A stretch of DNA of 64,000 nucleotides from an uncultured Planctomycetota bacterium (GCA_963849325.1 CAWKHF010000005.1:1097351-1161350), one strand, 5' to 3'. Counted from the stretch's first letter, positions 38,922 to 49,947 are shown. Translations and numbers: made by a program. Notes: a model not told the origin generated them from the sequence alone.

Positions 38922-39801
38922 CGGGCACCGGTCGCGGTGCCGTCTTGTCGGGTCCGGCGACTGTGCGTCCCAGCGCGATGGAGAGGAACCACTCGGCGCC
39001 GGGTCCGTCGGCGATGGCCTGCTGATACTTGTGCAGGACGTGCAGCAAGCGTTGACTGCCCGGCAGCTCCGGGCGCGTGGCCATTTGCACGAGGGCGTCC
39101 GGCAGTGCGGTCATCAGGTAGCGGGCCGCCTCCGCCTTGTCTTCGCCGACGCTTTTGTCGGCGTACTTACTGACCGCTTTCTCCAGCACGCGACCCGCAC
39201 TGATTTTCTGGAGGGCGGCGAGATCCGCCGCCGCGAGGACGAGGGCGCGATACGACTCCTCGCCCGACAACGCCGCCTGGAAACGAACATCACGCACGAA
39301 GTTGACCGTGTATTTCGTCTCGCCGCGTCGCGTCGCATCGACGTGGTGGAAGATTTCGTGATGCAGCGTCGTCGGCAGCTGGGTGTCGCTGTAATAGGCG
39401 GCGGCGAGGGCGTTCTTGCCGTTGTAGATGCCGAAATAGCGATAGCCCTTCAGCCGCTCGTCGTAAGGTCGGAAGCCGTCGCCCTGGTGCGAGACGCAAG
39501 CGGCGAAGACGCCGACTGCCTTCAGTCCCATTTTCTCCAGGTAGCGCGGCGGCAACTTGTGGATTTCACGCAGGACGATTCGCGCCGCCCGTAGACGCCC
39601 CTCGGCGTCCAGCGGCGGCATGACGTCGTGATAGGCGCCCTCTGGCAAATCCGTGGCCGTGAAAACCAGACGGGCGCCGGAATAGTCGGTGAATGCCTTC
39701 TGGAGCAGGGTGACCGATTCCGCGCCCGGCTCACGGCCGTGGAGAAAAGGAGCAACGCCTGCCGACAGGACGAGGGCGAGGACGGGAGACAGACGCTTCA
39801 C
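38914..39801 (-). CDS. Secreted putative zinc metallopeptidase-like protein
   Basis: Signal peptide VKRLSPVLALVLSAG; TLHHEIFHHVD (HExxH); downstream SKYA...EDKAE. Confidence 0.65.
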   Translation of the reverse strand: MKRLSPVLALVLSAGVAPFLHGREPGAESVTLLQKAFTDYSGARLVFTATDLPEGAYHDVMPPLDAEGRLRAARIVLREIHKLPPRYLEKMGLKAVGVFAACVSHQGDGFRPYDERLKGYRYFGIYNGKNALAAAYYSDTQLPTTLHHEIFHHVDATRRGETKYTVNFVRDVRFQAALSGEESYRALVLAAADLAALQKISAGRVLEKAVSKYADKSVGEDKAEAARYLMTALPDALVQMATRPELPGSQRLLHVLHKYQQAIADGPGAEWFLSIALGRTVAGPDKTAPRPVPVK

Positions 39802-39828
39802 GTTGGACTCCTCTTCACGCCGCACTCT

Positions 39829-39882
39829 TCCGAGCCTGAAGCGTAAGCGAAGAGTTTCCTTCGCTTACGCTTCAGGCTCGGA
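39829..39882. repeat. REP-like palindrome, family A copy 3
   Basis: Same arms as 7437-7489. Confidence 0.9.
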
Positions 39883-39897
39883 CCCAAAACTTTTGCC

Positions 39898-41146
39898 CTA
39901 CGAAATCGGCGTCTTCTCCACCTGCTGGTTAGCGTACTTAAAATAATTGTCCCAGGTCCAGTCCAGCATTTCCAGCGCCTTGTCGATCGGCTGGGCGTGG
40001 TAGGCGTCGCCGGCCTTGCGGACGATCTTCAAGCGCTCCAGCTTGGCCAGGGCGTCGCCGATCTCGAAATCGACCTTCAAGTTGGCGCTGCCTTCCAGAT
40101 ACATCTCGACGTAATCGTCGAGCTGCGCCGCCGTCCAGCCTTCCGGCGGCGCGTACTTCCACAGGCAGAAGTAGGCCAGGAACGTCTCGCGGCACTCCTG
40201 CTCCTCGGCCTCATCGAGCAGGCGCATGAGCACGCCGGTGTTGTTATCGAGGCTCTTGAAATACAGGCTTTTGGTCAACTTCAAGCTGTAATCCTGCTTC
40301 TTGACCTGGTAGCTGTGGTAAGACTTGTAGCCGTAGCCGCCCAGGGCAGCGGCCACACCCCAGGTGGCCGCGGCGCCGATGCCCGACGCCAGCGCCCCCA
40401 TCTCCAGCTTGCTCAACTTCGGCACGATCTGACTGCCGATCTCCCAGAGCATGATGCTGACGCCCCCCACCAGCGGATAGGCGATCATCGCCTTGTCCAG
40501 CCGCGTCATGCGCACCCGCGCCGGGCAGCAGCATGTCCTGGTCGGCCTTGGGAATGTCCTTGAAAATCTTCAGGTACACCCGCGACGTATCGATGTCGTG
40601 GTCCAGCCGCTTGTGCGGCCGCAGCTTCACGATCAGGACCAGGCGCTGGTACAGCGGGACATGCCATTCCTCCTTGCGCCACAACTTCGACCACGAACGC
40701 CGGTGCATGCGGCCCATCACGTCGCCGCGGACGAACACTTCCAGGCGCTCGAACATGCCGAGATCGACGTGCGTGTGGACGCCCGAGATGGTGGCGACCT
40801 CCTGGAGCGCCTCCATCATCTCGTCGCGGCCCAGCCGCTTGAAGTTGGCCCGCTCCATCAATGCCGTGAACTTCTGAAACAGCCGTTCCTCGTCCTGGTC
40901 CCGCTCCTCGGCGGAGGCGGGTCGGAGGGACTTCGTGTCGGCGTCCGGGTCGAACGGCGCATAAGAATCCTTCAACTCCTCCAGCTGTTTGAGATACTCA
41001 AAGTGGAATACCGATGAGACGAGGATACAGAACTGTCGGAACGACTCGCGCTCGGCGGCCGGCAGTTGTTTGTCCTTGCAGAGCAGTTCGATCAGGTCGC
41101 TCTTGCGCAGCGGGATGAAGTGCTCGCGGTCCTTGTACTCGGCCAT
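39898..41146 (-). CDS. DUF3754/TMEM143 family protein (frameshift near 40517)
   Basis: REHFIPLRKSDL, YAPFDPD, VYLKIFKDIPKAD.DMLLPG, SLYFKSLDNNTGVL..L.DEAEEQECRE, VDFEIGDALAKL. Confidence 0.85.
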
Positions 41147-41182
41147 GGACGAACCCTCCCAGGTGGCGTCAGTCGAAGCGTT

Positions 41183-42414
41183 TCAATGTGCCTTTTGTTC
41201 TCCGTTGGCGCCCATGCGCGACGGATACAGCAACGGGTGATTTCCGCCGGGTTGCAGCATCTCCACGGCCCGCGCCAGCGGCAGGGCGCGGCAACGACCA
41301 TCCGCCTCCTCAATGAGATGCAAGCGCCGCAGTTGCGTCAGGGCCGCGTTGTTGCGGCACAAGAGGGCGAGATCGGCGTAGCGATCGAGGTACAATTCGA
41401 CCGAGGCGTCGAGGTCGGCCGCGGTCCAGCCCTCCGCGCCGGCGTAGCGCCACAGGCACCAGTAGGCCAGGATGACCAGGCGGCACTCCTGCTCCTCGGC
41501 CTCGTCGAAGCAGGCGCATCAGGACGCCAGCGTTACTGTCGAGGTTCTGGAAATACAGGCTCTGCGTCAGCGTCAAATGGTAGCGCTGCTTGGTCTGCTG
41601 ATAACCGTAGAAGGACTTGTAGCCGTAGCCGATGCCGCCGGCGGCCAGCGCCCACATCGTATTGGGCGACGACAGGGAGCGCTCGAGGACCGCGGCCATG
41701 TCCTGCAGGACGTTCCACGCCGCCAGGGCCAGGCCGCTGAGCAACGGCAGACCGATCTTGCCGCGATCCAGTCGGCTCAATCGCACTCGCGCCGGGCAGC
41801 AGCATCAGCACGTCCAGCTTGGGAATGTCCTTGAACAGCTTCAGGTAGACGTTCTGCGTATCGATCGGCCCGCGCAAACGAGGGTGCGGACGCAGCTTGA
41901 GGACCAGCACGAGGCGACGGTAGATCGGCACCTCCGCCTCCTCCAGACGGTTGAGCCGATACCAGCGGCGACGGCTGCGCGTCTGCACCGTGGCGCCGCG
42001 GGCGAAGATGGCAACGTGCTCGAAGGCGCCGAAGTCCACGTCCATGTGGACGCCCCAATCGCTGGCGCGATCGAGGGCCGGCTCGATTTCGCCACGGCTG
42101 AGATGCTTGAACCCGGCACGTTCGAGCAGCCAGCCCAGGTCGCTCAGCAGCCCGTTGAGGCGCGCCTGTCGTTGCTCGGCGCTGGGCGGGAGAAGGCTGG
42201 TCGTGTCGCTGTCGGGATCGAAGGGCAGATAATCGCGTTTCAATTCCTGTAGCCGGCGGTGATACTCGCCGTGGTAGAGAATCGATACCCGCTCGCAGAA
42301 GGAGCGAAATAGCTCGCGGTCCTTCTCTGGGACCGCTCGGTCGGTGCAAAGCAGGTCGATCAACTCGCTCCGCGCCAAGGGGATGAAGTGTTCGGGGGCG
42401 GTCGAGGATTCCAT
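41183..42414 (-). CDS. Second DUF3754/TMEM143 paralog (frameshifts near 41787 and 41510)
   Basis: EHFIPLARSEL, YLPFDPD, VYLKLFKDIPKLDVLMLLPG, SLYFQNLDSNAGVL. Confidence 0.82.
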
Positions 42415-42437
42415 AGCGACGATTCCAAATATTTTTA

Positions 42438-42495
42438 TCCGAGCCTGAAGCGTAAGCGAAGGAATGGCTCTCTTCGCTAACGCTTCAGGTTCGGA
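42438..42495. repeat. REP-like palindrome, family A copy 4
   Basis: Same arms as 7437-7489 with a few substitutions. Confidence 0.85.
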
Positions 42496-42508
42496 ATCGT
42501 TTGGGCGC

Positions 42509-43369
42509 CTACCACTCCAGCGCTTCCAGCCGGTCCTCCGGCGAGGTAATCAACTCGTCGGCCAGTCGATCGAGGGCGCTCTGTACCTCGCTCATGCGCT
42601 CGGGGCGGTTGGCGGCGTTGAACGACAGGCAGCGATGAATCAGCTCGGCCAGGGCCGGCGGAGTCTGGGGGTCACACTCCGCAACCGGCTTGAGCATCCG
42701 CGTCCACATCTTGGCCTCGATGGGCAGACCGCCCTCCTTCTGGACCACGCTCGGCGGCAGGCGGAATGTTACCATGCGGTACATCGTCGCTCCGAGGTTG
42801 TAAATGTCGGTGCGTTCGTTGACCGTCTTGTGCGTGGCTTGCTCGGGGGCCATGTATTCCGGGGTGCCCTGCAAGCGGTGTTTGCCTTCGCCCTGGACCG
42901 TCGCCAGGCCGTAGTCGAGAATCTTCACGTCGCCGGAGCGGCTGAGCATGATGTTGTTCGGCTTGAGGTCGGCGTGGTACACCTTGCGGCGGTGCATGTG
43001 GACCAGGCCGTCGGCCACGCACTTGAAGACCTGCACCAGCTTCGGCATCGGCATGGCCGGGCAGGTGTCGAGCGTCTTGCCGTTGACGTACTCGATCAGC
43101 AGATGCACCTTGCGGATGCGGAACAGCCAATCCTTGAGCGTCTCCAGGGCGTAGACCTTGATGAGGTTCTTGTGGTCGAGCATCTGCGCGACGCGGAACT
43201 CGTGCTGGGCCTGTTCCAGAAACTTGTGGTCCTCTTTGCTCCGAATGGGGACGACCTTGAGGGCGTAGTTACGGCCGTCGGCGCTGCGATGGACGTGCAG
43301 GATGGTGCTGTGCGCCCCCGAGCCGAGGGTGCCGAGAATCTGAAATCGACCGATACGAAAGTCACTCAT
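42509..43369 (-). CDS. Ser/Thr protein kinase
   Basis: LGSGAHS, YALK, HADLKPNN, DYGLA, GTPEYMAPEQ. Confidence 0.95.
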   Translation of the reverse strand: MSDFRIGRFQILGTLGSGAHSTILHVHRSADGRNYALKVVPIRSKEDHKFLEQAQHEFRVAQMLDHKNLIKVYALETLKDWLFRIRKVHLLIEYVNGKTLDTCPAMPMPKLVQVFKCVADGLVHMHRRKVYHADLKPNNIMLSRSGDVKILDYGLATVQGEGKHRLQGTPEYMAPEQATHKTVNERTDIYNLGATMYRMVTFRLPPSVVQKEGGLPIEAKMWTRMLKPVAECDPQTPPALAELIHRCLSFNAANRPERMSEVQSALDRLADELITSPEDRLEALEW

Positions 43370-43445
43370 GTTATCCGCTGTCCGCTGTGCGCTGTCTGCT
43401 CGCCGCGAGAAACTATGGTATCATGCGGGAGGGCGAGGCGGAAGA

Positions 43446-44852
43446 ATGAAGATCGAGCAACGGACCGCGGACCTGGAGGCGCTGACGCAGAGTTACGGCC
43501 GCGAGATCTTCGCGCGGCTGGGCCGAACCGGCGCCGTGCCGTTTTCGCCGTCGTGGTGGGACGAACGGCTCATGGAATGGAGCATGGGCGATGAAGCGGT
43601 CAAGCTCCAGTTGTTCCGCTTCGTCGATGTGCTGCCGCTGTTGCGTTCGCCGGAGTCGATCGCGCGTCATCTGCGCGAATACTTCGGCGAGGCCCGCGAG
43701 CGTCTGCCCGGCTGGCTGACGTTCGGCCTGCGCTGGCTGCCCCGTCACGGCCTGTTCGGCCGACTGCTGGCGAAGACGGCGTATCGCTCGGCCGAGCGCC
43801 TGGCCCGCAAGTTCATCGCCGGCTCGAACCTGAACGAAGCGCTCGACGCCATCGCCCGGCTGCGGCGGCGCTCGCTGGCCTTCACCATCGACCGCCTCGG
43901 CGAAGCGACCATCACCGAGGCGCGAGGCCGAGCAGGCACAGGCGGAATACCTCGATCTCCTCAACGGTCTGAGCCGCGAGGTCAACACCTGGCCGGCCAA
44001 CGATCTCATCGACCGCGACGATCGCGGCCCGCTGCCGCGCGTCAATGTCTCGGTCAAGCTGTCGGCCCTGTACAGCCAGTTCGATCCGATCGACCCGGAG
44101 GGCACCAGCCAGGCCGTGCGTCGTCGTCTGCGGCCGATCCTGCACGCCGCCCGCGCTCAGTCCGCCTTCGTCAACATCGACATGGAGCAATACGCCTTCA
44201 AGGATCTCACGCTGCGATATTCCGCGAGGTGCTCGACGAAGACGACTTCCGCGACTGGCCGGACGTGGGCATCGCCATCCAGGCGTATCTGCGCGACACG
44301 GCCCACGATCTCGAAGACTTGGCGGCGTGGGCGCAGCGACGCGGCACGCCGGTGACGGTGCGGCTGGTCAAGGGAGCGTACTGGGATTACGAGACGATCC
44401 TGTCGGCCCAGCAGGGTTGGCCGAATCCGGTGTGGGCGCACAAGTGGGAGACCGACGCCAACTACGAGCGCCTGACCGAGTTCCTGATCGACAACCGCCG
44501 TTGGCTGCGTCCGGCGTTCGGCAGTCACAACGTCCGCAGCCTGGCTCGCGGCCTCGCCCTGGCGCAGCTGCGCGGCCTGCCGCCGGGCAGCATCGAATGG
44601 CAAATGCTCTACGGCATGGCCGAGCCGATCAAGGACACCCTCGTGCGGCTCGGCCAGCGCGTGCGGGTATACACACCGTATGGGCAACTGTTGCCGGGGA
44701 TGGCGTACCTGGTGCGCCGCTTGCTCGAAAACACGGCCAACGAATCGTTCCTGCGAGCCAGCTTCACCGAGCACGTGCCCGAGGAGCAGTTGCTCCGTAA
44801 TCCCCTCGAAGACGGGCGGGTGTCGCGCGTAGAATGGGCGCTGGGCCACTGA
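43446..44852 (+). CDS. putA: Proline dehydrogenase half of PutA (two compensating frameshifts near 43921 and 44217)
   Basis: KLQLFRFVDVLP, RKFIAG, NVSVKLSAL and IDMEQY in the shifted frame, IAIQAYL, VRLVKGAYWD, FGSHN, GMAYLVRRLLENTANESF. Confidence 0.9.
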   Translation: MKIEQRTADLEALTQSYGREIFARLGRTGAVPFSPSWWDERLMEWSMGDEAVKLQLFRFVDVLPLLRSPESIARHLREYFGEARERLPGWLTFGLRWLPRHGLFGRLLAKTAYRSAERLARKFIAGSNLNEALDAIARLRRRSLAFTIDRLGEATITEARGRAGTGGIPRSPQRSEPRGQHLAGQRSHRPRRSRPAAARQCLGQAVGPVQPVRSDRPGGHQPGRASSSAADPARRPRSVRLRQHRHGAIRLQGSHAAIFREVLDEDDFRDWPDVGIAIQAYLRDTAHDLEDLAAWAQRRGTPVTVRLVKGAYWDYETILSAQQGWPNPVWAHKWETDANYERLTEFLIDNRRWLRPAFGSHNVRSLARGLALAQLRGLPPGSIEWQMLYGMAEPIKDTLVRLGQRVRVYTPYGQLLPGMAYLVRRLLENTANESFLRASFTEHVPEEQLLRNPLEDGRVSRVEWALGH

Positions 44853-44875
44853 TAGCCGCGGTGCGGAGGGCGACC

Positions 44876-45640
44876 ATGCCAATCCACGACTGGACTCGCG
44901 TCGATGCGGGTATCTTTCACGCCTTTCACCACGATTGGATCACCGAGATCGCGCGTGCGCTCAACCGCGGCCTTCTGCCGGCCGCGTATTACGCACTGCC
45001 CGAACAACTCGCCGGCGGTCTCGGACCCGACGTGTTGAGCTTGCGCAGACCGAGTGGGAATGGCGCATCGCCGAACGCCGGTCCCCCGGAGGGAGGCGTA
45101 GCCCTTGCGGTGTCGCCACCGAAAGTCCGCATCCGAATGCACTCCGAAGCGAATCGATATGCGGCCAAGGCGAAAGCGGTGACGATTCGCCACGTGAGCG
45201 ACCATCAGGTGGTGGCGATGGTGGAGATCCTTTCGCCGGGGAACAAGAACAATCAGAATGGATTGAATGCCTTTGTGCGGAAAGCGCACGAAGCCCTCGC
45301 CGCTGGGATCCACCTGTTACTCGTCGATCTGTTCCCGCCTGGCCCGCGCGACCCGCAAGGGATTCACCGTGCCGTCTGGGGCGACGATTGCGACGCGGAC
45401 TACACTCTTCCCGCGGACAAACCCTTGACGTGCGTTGCTTACCTCGGCGGTGCCGACTCCGAAGCCTTCATCGAACTGGTTGCCGTTGGAGACAACCTGC
45501 TCGACATGCCGCTCTTTTTGACAGCGGAGGTGTACGTTTCCGTGCCGCTCGAAGCGACCTACCAGTCGGCGTGGGAGGGCATGCCGGCATACTGGCGCGA
45601 CGTACTCACGGCCAGGCCGGAGCCGAGGGATAGCCCGTAA
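44876..45640 (+). CDS. DUF4058 family protein (planctomycete PD-(D/E)XK-like)
   Basis: MPIHDWTRVDAGIFHAFH, VVAMVEILSPGNK, HLLLVDLFPP, VPLEATYQSAW. Confidence 0.85.
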   Translation: MPIHDWTRVDAGIFHAFHHDWITEIARALNRGLLPAAYYALPEQLAGGLGPDVLSLRRPSGNGASPNAGPPEGGVALAVSPPKVRIRMHSEANRYAAKAKAVTIRHVSDHQVVAMVEILSPGNKNNQNGLNAFVRKAHEALAAGIHLLLVDLFPPGPRDPQGIHRAVWGDDCDADYTLPADKPLTCVAYLGGADSEAFIELVAVGDNLLDMPLFLTAEVYVSVPLEATYQSAWEGMPAYWRDVLTARPEPRDSP

Positions 45641-45674
45641 GGGATGGGAAAGGAGGAGGACGCCGGAAACGCCG

Positions 45675-47291
45675 GTGGCCGCGTATACAGCCATGAACCG
45701 TGACCTCCCGTCTTTCCGGGTCGAACCGCTGACCGACTTCGGCCGCGCCGAGACCCGCCAAATGATGCAGACAGCCCTCGCCCAGGTGTCGGCGCAGCTG
45801 GGCCGAACCTATCCCGTGGTGATCCGCAATCAAGCGCTCGGCGGCACAACCTTCGATTCGGTGAATCCATCGCACAGCAAGCAAATCGTCGGCCGTTGCG
45901 GACGGGCCAGCGTCGAGCAGACACAGGAGGCCGTCGCCGCCGCCAAGACAGCATTTCCAGCATGGCGCGATACCCCGCCGGCGCAGCGTGCCGATTTCCT
46001 GTTCGCGGCGGCGAAGGTGATGCGGCGACGACGTTTCGAGCTGGCCGCCTGGCAGGTATACGAGTGCGGCAAGCCGTGGCGCGAGGCCGACGCCGACGTC
46101 GCCGAGAGCATCGATTATTGCGAGTTCTACGGCCGCGAGATGCTGCGCCTGGCCGTGCCGCGGCGGCGCGACGTGCCGGGAGAGGAGAACGTCTATTTCT
46201 ACGAGCCGCGCGGCGTCACCGTCGTCATCGCGCCGTGGAACTTCCCCCTGGCCATCCTATGCGGCATGACCACCGCCGCCCTCGTCACCGGCAACCCCGT
46301 CGTCATGAAGCCGGCCGAGCAGTCCGCCGTCATCGGCGCCAAGCTCATGGAGGTGTTTCAGGACGTCGGGTTGCCTCCCGGCGTAGTCGCTTATTTGCCG
46401 GGCGTCGGCGAGGAGATCGGCCCGGCGCTCGTCGATCATCCCGACGTGGCCATGATCGCCTTCACCGGCTCGCGCGGCGTCGGCCTGCACATCAACCGCC
46501 AGGCGGCGGAAGTGCGGCCGGGACAGGACCACATCAAGCGCGTCCTCGCCGAGTTGGGCGGCAAGAACGCCATCATCATCGACGACGACGCCGACATGGA
46601 CGAGGCCGTACACGGTACCGTCGCCAGCGCCTTCGGCTACGCCGGCCAGAAGTGTTCCGCGTGCAGCCGGGTCATCGTTCCCGAGTCGCTGCACGATGCC
46701 TTCGTCGCCCGCCTGGTCGAGGCGACGCGCAGCCTCACGCATCGGCCCCGCCGAGGACCCGGCTGCACCGTCGGGCCTGTCATCGACGCCGATGCCTACC
46801 AGCGCATCCTCGCCACCATCGAGAAGGGCAAGGGCCAGGGCCGGCTCGTCTACGCCGGCGACGTCGGCGCCTTGAAGGAGGAGGGCTACTACGTCGCGCC
46901 GCACATCTTCGATGACGTGAAGCCGGAGGCGAGTCTCGCTCAGGAAGAAATCTTCGGTCCCGTCCTGGCGGTGCTGCGGGCGCGCGACCTCGATCACGCT
47001 CTGGAGATCGCCAACGGCACGACGTACGCGCTGACCGGCGGACTGTTCTCGCGCAGTCCCGAACACATCGCGCGCGTCAAGCGCGAGTTTCGCGTCGGCA
47101 ACCTGTACATCAATCGCAAGATCACCGGCGCCCTGGTCGATCGCCAGCCGTTCGGCGGTTTCAAGATGTCGGGCATCGGCTCCAAGGCGGGCGGGCCGGA
47201 TTACTTGTTGCAATTCGTCCTGCCGCGTACTATTACGGAGAACACCCTCCGCCGCGGCTTCGCCCCGGACGTCGGGGCCACGGAGTTGTGA
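45675..47291 (+). CDS. putA: Delta-1-pyrroline-5-carboxylate dehydrogenase half of PutA
   Basis: FRVEPLTDF, ECGKPWREADADVAE, APWNFP, FTGS, ELGGKN, GQKCSAC, EEIFGP, QPFGGFKMSG; the start may be ATG 45693. Confidence 0.93.
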   Translation: MAAYTAMNRDLPSFRVEPLTDFGRAETRQMMQTALAQVSAQLGRTYPVVIRNQALGGTTFDSVNPSHSKQIVGRCGRASVEQTQEAVAAAKTAFPAWRDTPPAQRADFLFAAAKVMRRRRFELAAWQVYECGKPWREADADVAESIDYCEFYGREMLRLAVPRRRDVPGEENVYFYEPRGVTVVIAPWNFPLAILCGMTTAALVTGNPVVMKPAEQSAVIGAKLMEVFQDVGLPPGVVAYLPGVGEEIGPALVDHPDVAMIAFTGSRGVGLHINRQAAEVRPGQDHIKRVLAELGGKNAIIIDDDADMDEAVHGTVASAFGYAGQKCSACSRVIVPESLHDAFVARLVEATRSLTHRPRRGPGCTVGPVIDADAYQRILATIEKGKGQGRLVYAGDVGALKEEGYYVAPHIFDDVKPEASLAQEEIFGPVLAVLRARDLDHALEIANGTTYALTGGLFSRSPEHIARVKREFRVGNLYINRKITGALVDRQPFGGFKMSGIGSKAGGPDYLLQFVLPRTITENTLRRGFAPDVGATEL

Positions 47292-47342
47292 CGGAACCGG
47301 ATGCCTTCCCTGCCAGGCAACATTTTTCCGCGAGGACGCCTG

Positions 47343-48300
47343 ATGAAACATGCTCTCTCGATTCTCGGTCTGCTCCTCCTCGCCGGGCACCCGGTCCTGG
47401 CCGACGCGCCCAAGGAATTCAAGGGACACGACGCCCTGGTCTACAGTCTGTGCCTTCAGCCCCGACGGCAAGACGCTCGCCACCGCCGGCTTCGACAACA
47501 CCGTCAAGCTGTGGGACTTCGCCAGCGGGAAGGTGGTCCGCACCCTGAATGGGCACACCGGCCCGGTCTACTGCGTCGCCTTCAGCAAGGACGGCAAGCT
47601 CCTGGCCTCGTCGAGCCTGGACAAGACCATCCGCCTGTGGAATCCCGCCGACGGCAAGCTCCTCCGCGAGCTGAAGGGCCACACCGACATTGTTGATAGC
47701 GTCGCCTTCAGCCCCGACGGCAAGCTGCTCGCCTCGGGCAGCGCCGACAAGAGTGTGCGTCTGTGGAACCCCGCCGACGGCAAGGAGGTGAAGAACCTCG
47801 GCACGCATGCCAATCACGTCTACAGCGTCGCCTTCAGCCCCGACGGCAAACGCCTGGCCTCGGGCGGAGCGGACACGGTCATCAAACTCTGGGACGTGGC
47901 GGCGCAGAAGGAGGCCAGCACGCTCAAGCTGCCGGCGGGGACCGTGACCAGCGCCGTGACCGGCGTCGTCTTCACGCCGGATAGCCAGCAGCTCGTGTCG
48001 ATCGGCCAGGACCGTTTCGTGCGGCTGTGGAACGTCCAGACGGCGGCGCAGGTCAAGGAGATGGGTCCGACGCCCGATGACCTGTACGGCGTGGCCTTCT
48101 CGCACGACGGCAAATCGTTGGCGACGAGCGGTTACGCCGGTTACATCACGCTCTGGGATCTCGCCGCCGGCAAGGCGCTGGTGTCGCGCAAGCTCAAGGC
48201 GTTCGGCGCCTACTGCATCGCCTTCACGCCGGACGGCAAATCCGTCGTCACCGGCCACGACAATCACAACTGCTACCTCAACCCGCTCAGCGCGCCGTGA
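47343..48300 (+). CDS. Secreted WD40-repeat protein (frameshift near 47450)
   Basis: Signal peptide MKHALSILGLLLLAG; about seven WD40 repeats. Confidence 0.9.
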
Positions 48301-48385
48301 GGTTCGCGCTGCGGAGCATTTCTTCTTGGGCCAACGCTCCGAATCGATTACACTCGATTCCGTAGACACGCCAGGGAGGAAGGAC

Positions 48386-49786
48386 ATGCTCAGCCTCTAC
48401 GACAAGGGAACGCGACTGTGCGACGGCCTGACACGGCGCGAGTGGCTGCGCGTCGGCGGCCTGGGTGCGCTCGGCCTGTCTCTCCCGGCCCTGCTGGGGG
48501 AACGGACGCAGGCGGCACCGGCGAGTGGTTCGTCTTTCGGCAAGGCCAAGGCGTGCATCCTGCTCTTCCACCTGGGCGGGCCGCCGCAGCATGAGACCTG
48601 GGATCCCAAGGACGACGCCCCGGTCGAGATTCGCGGCGAGCTGAAGTCCATCGCCAGCAACGTCCCCGGCATCCGCGTCGGCGAGTTGATGCCGCGCACG
48701 GCCCGCCTGCTCGACCGCATCTGCGTGCTGCGCGCCATGTCCACCGGGGACAACGCCCATTCGTCGAGCGGCTACTGGATGCTCACCGGCGTGCCGCACC
48801 AGCCGATGAACTCGGAGAATGCCAAGCCGGGCGCTCCCAACGATTGGCCCTGCACCGCCGCCATCGTCAATCGCCTGCGTGCCGGCAAGAGCGGCCTGCC
48901 GGCGACGGTGTCGCTGCCCGAACCGATCTGGAACACCGGCATGATTTTCTGGCCGGGCCAGGACGGCGGCTTCCTCGGCCGCACCGCCGATCCGTGGATG
49001 GTCCGCTGTGACCCGTCCACGCCGAGCTTCCAGATCCCCGGACTGAGCCTGTCCCCGGAGGTGTCCGCCGAACGCCTGGGCGGCCGTTTGTCGCTCTTGC
49101 AGCAGGTAAACCGCCGCCTCGACGCGGTCGAGCGCGGCGAGGCCATCGCGCGCTTCGACCACCGCAGCCGGCAAGCGTTCGACCTGCTTCGCGCCGGCAA
49201 GGCCCGTCGCGCCTTCGACCTGGAGCGCGAGCCGCCGGCCCTGCGCGACCGCTATGGCCGCAACCGCTGGGGGCAGAGCGTGCTGCTGGCCCGACGCCTG
49301 GTCGAGTCCGGCGTGTCGCTGGTGCAGGTCAACTGGACGCGCATGCCCGGCGATACCGACGACAGCCCCGCCTGGGACACGCACAACCGCAACGCCCAGC
49401 GCCTGAAGAACAATCTGATGCCGCCGATGGACCTGGCTTATTCCGCCCTGCTGGAAGACCTGGAAGCGCGAGGGCTGCTTCACGAGACGTTGGTGGTATG
49501 GATGGGCGAGTTCGGACGCTCGCCCAAGATCAACCGTGGCGGCGGACGCGATCACTGGGGCCGCGTCTTCTCGGTGGCCCTGGCCGGCGGCGGCGTCCGC
49601 GGCGGACAGGTACTCGGCGCCTCCGACAAGACCGGCGGTCTGCCGCGCGAGGGCCGCGTCCAACCACAAGACCTGACGGCGACGGTCTTCCACTGCCTGG
49701 GCCACGAAGCGCACACCGAGATTCACGACACGCTCGGTCGGCCGCTGGCCATCAGCCGCGGCGAGGTCCTTCGCCAGGCCGTGTAG
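48386..49786 (+). CDS. DUF1501 family protein
   Basis: TRREWL, GGPPQHETWDPK, WDTH, WMGEFGRSP, GRDHW. Confidence 0.95.
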   Translation: MLSLYDKGTRLCDGLTRREWLRVGGLGALGLSLPALLGERTQAAPASGSSFGKAKACILLFHLGGPPQHETWDPKDDAPVEIRGELKSIASNVPGIRVGELMPRTARLLDRICVLRAMSTGDNAHSSSGYWMLTGVPHQPMNSENAKPGAPNDWPCTAAIVNRLRAGKSGLPATVSLPEPIWNTGMIFWPGQDGGFLGRTADPWMVRCDPSTPSFQIPGLSLSPEVSAERLGGRLSLLQQVNRRLDAVERGEAIARFDHRSRQAFDLLRAGKARRAFDLEREPPALRDRYGRNRWGQSVLLARRLVESGVSLVQVNWTRMPGDTDDSPAWDTHNRNAQRLKNNLMPPMDLAYSALLEDLEARGLLHETLVVWMGEFGRSPKINRGGGRDHWGRVFSVALAGGGVRGGQVLGASDKTGGLPREGRVQPQDLTATVFHCLGHEAHTEIHDTLGRPLAISRGEVLRQAV

Positions 49787-49789
49787 ACC

Positions 49790-49855
49790 AGCCGCGAGCG
49801 CCAGCGAGCGGGAACACCGCTCCCTGACGGTCGCGGCTCGGACGGTCGCGGCTCG
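49790..49855. repeat. REP-like palindrome, family B with a duplicated arm end
   Basis: AGCCGCGAGCGCCAGCGAGCGG...CCGCTCCCTGACGGTCGCGGCTCG-GACGGTCGCGGCTCG. Confidence 0.8.
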
Positions 49856-49947
49856 TCTGGAACTTGCTCTGGGAGGTCATCACCAGCCCCGCTATGATAG
49901 CTCGGCGCACCCGCGACGGGGCGCCGATGGTTTCTCAGGTGGACACG

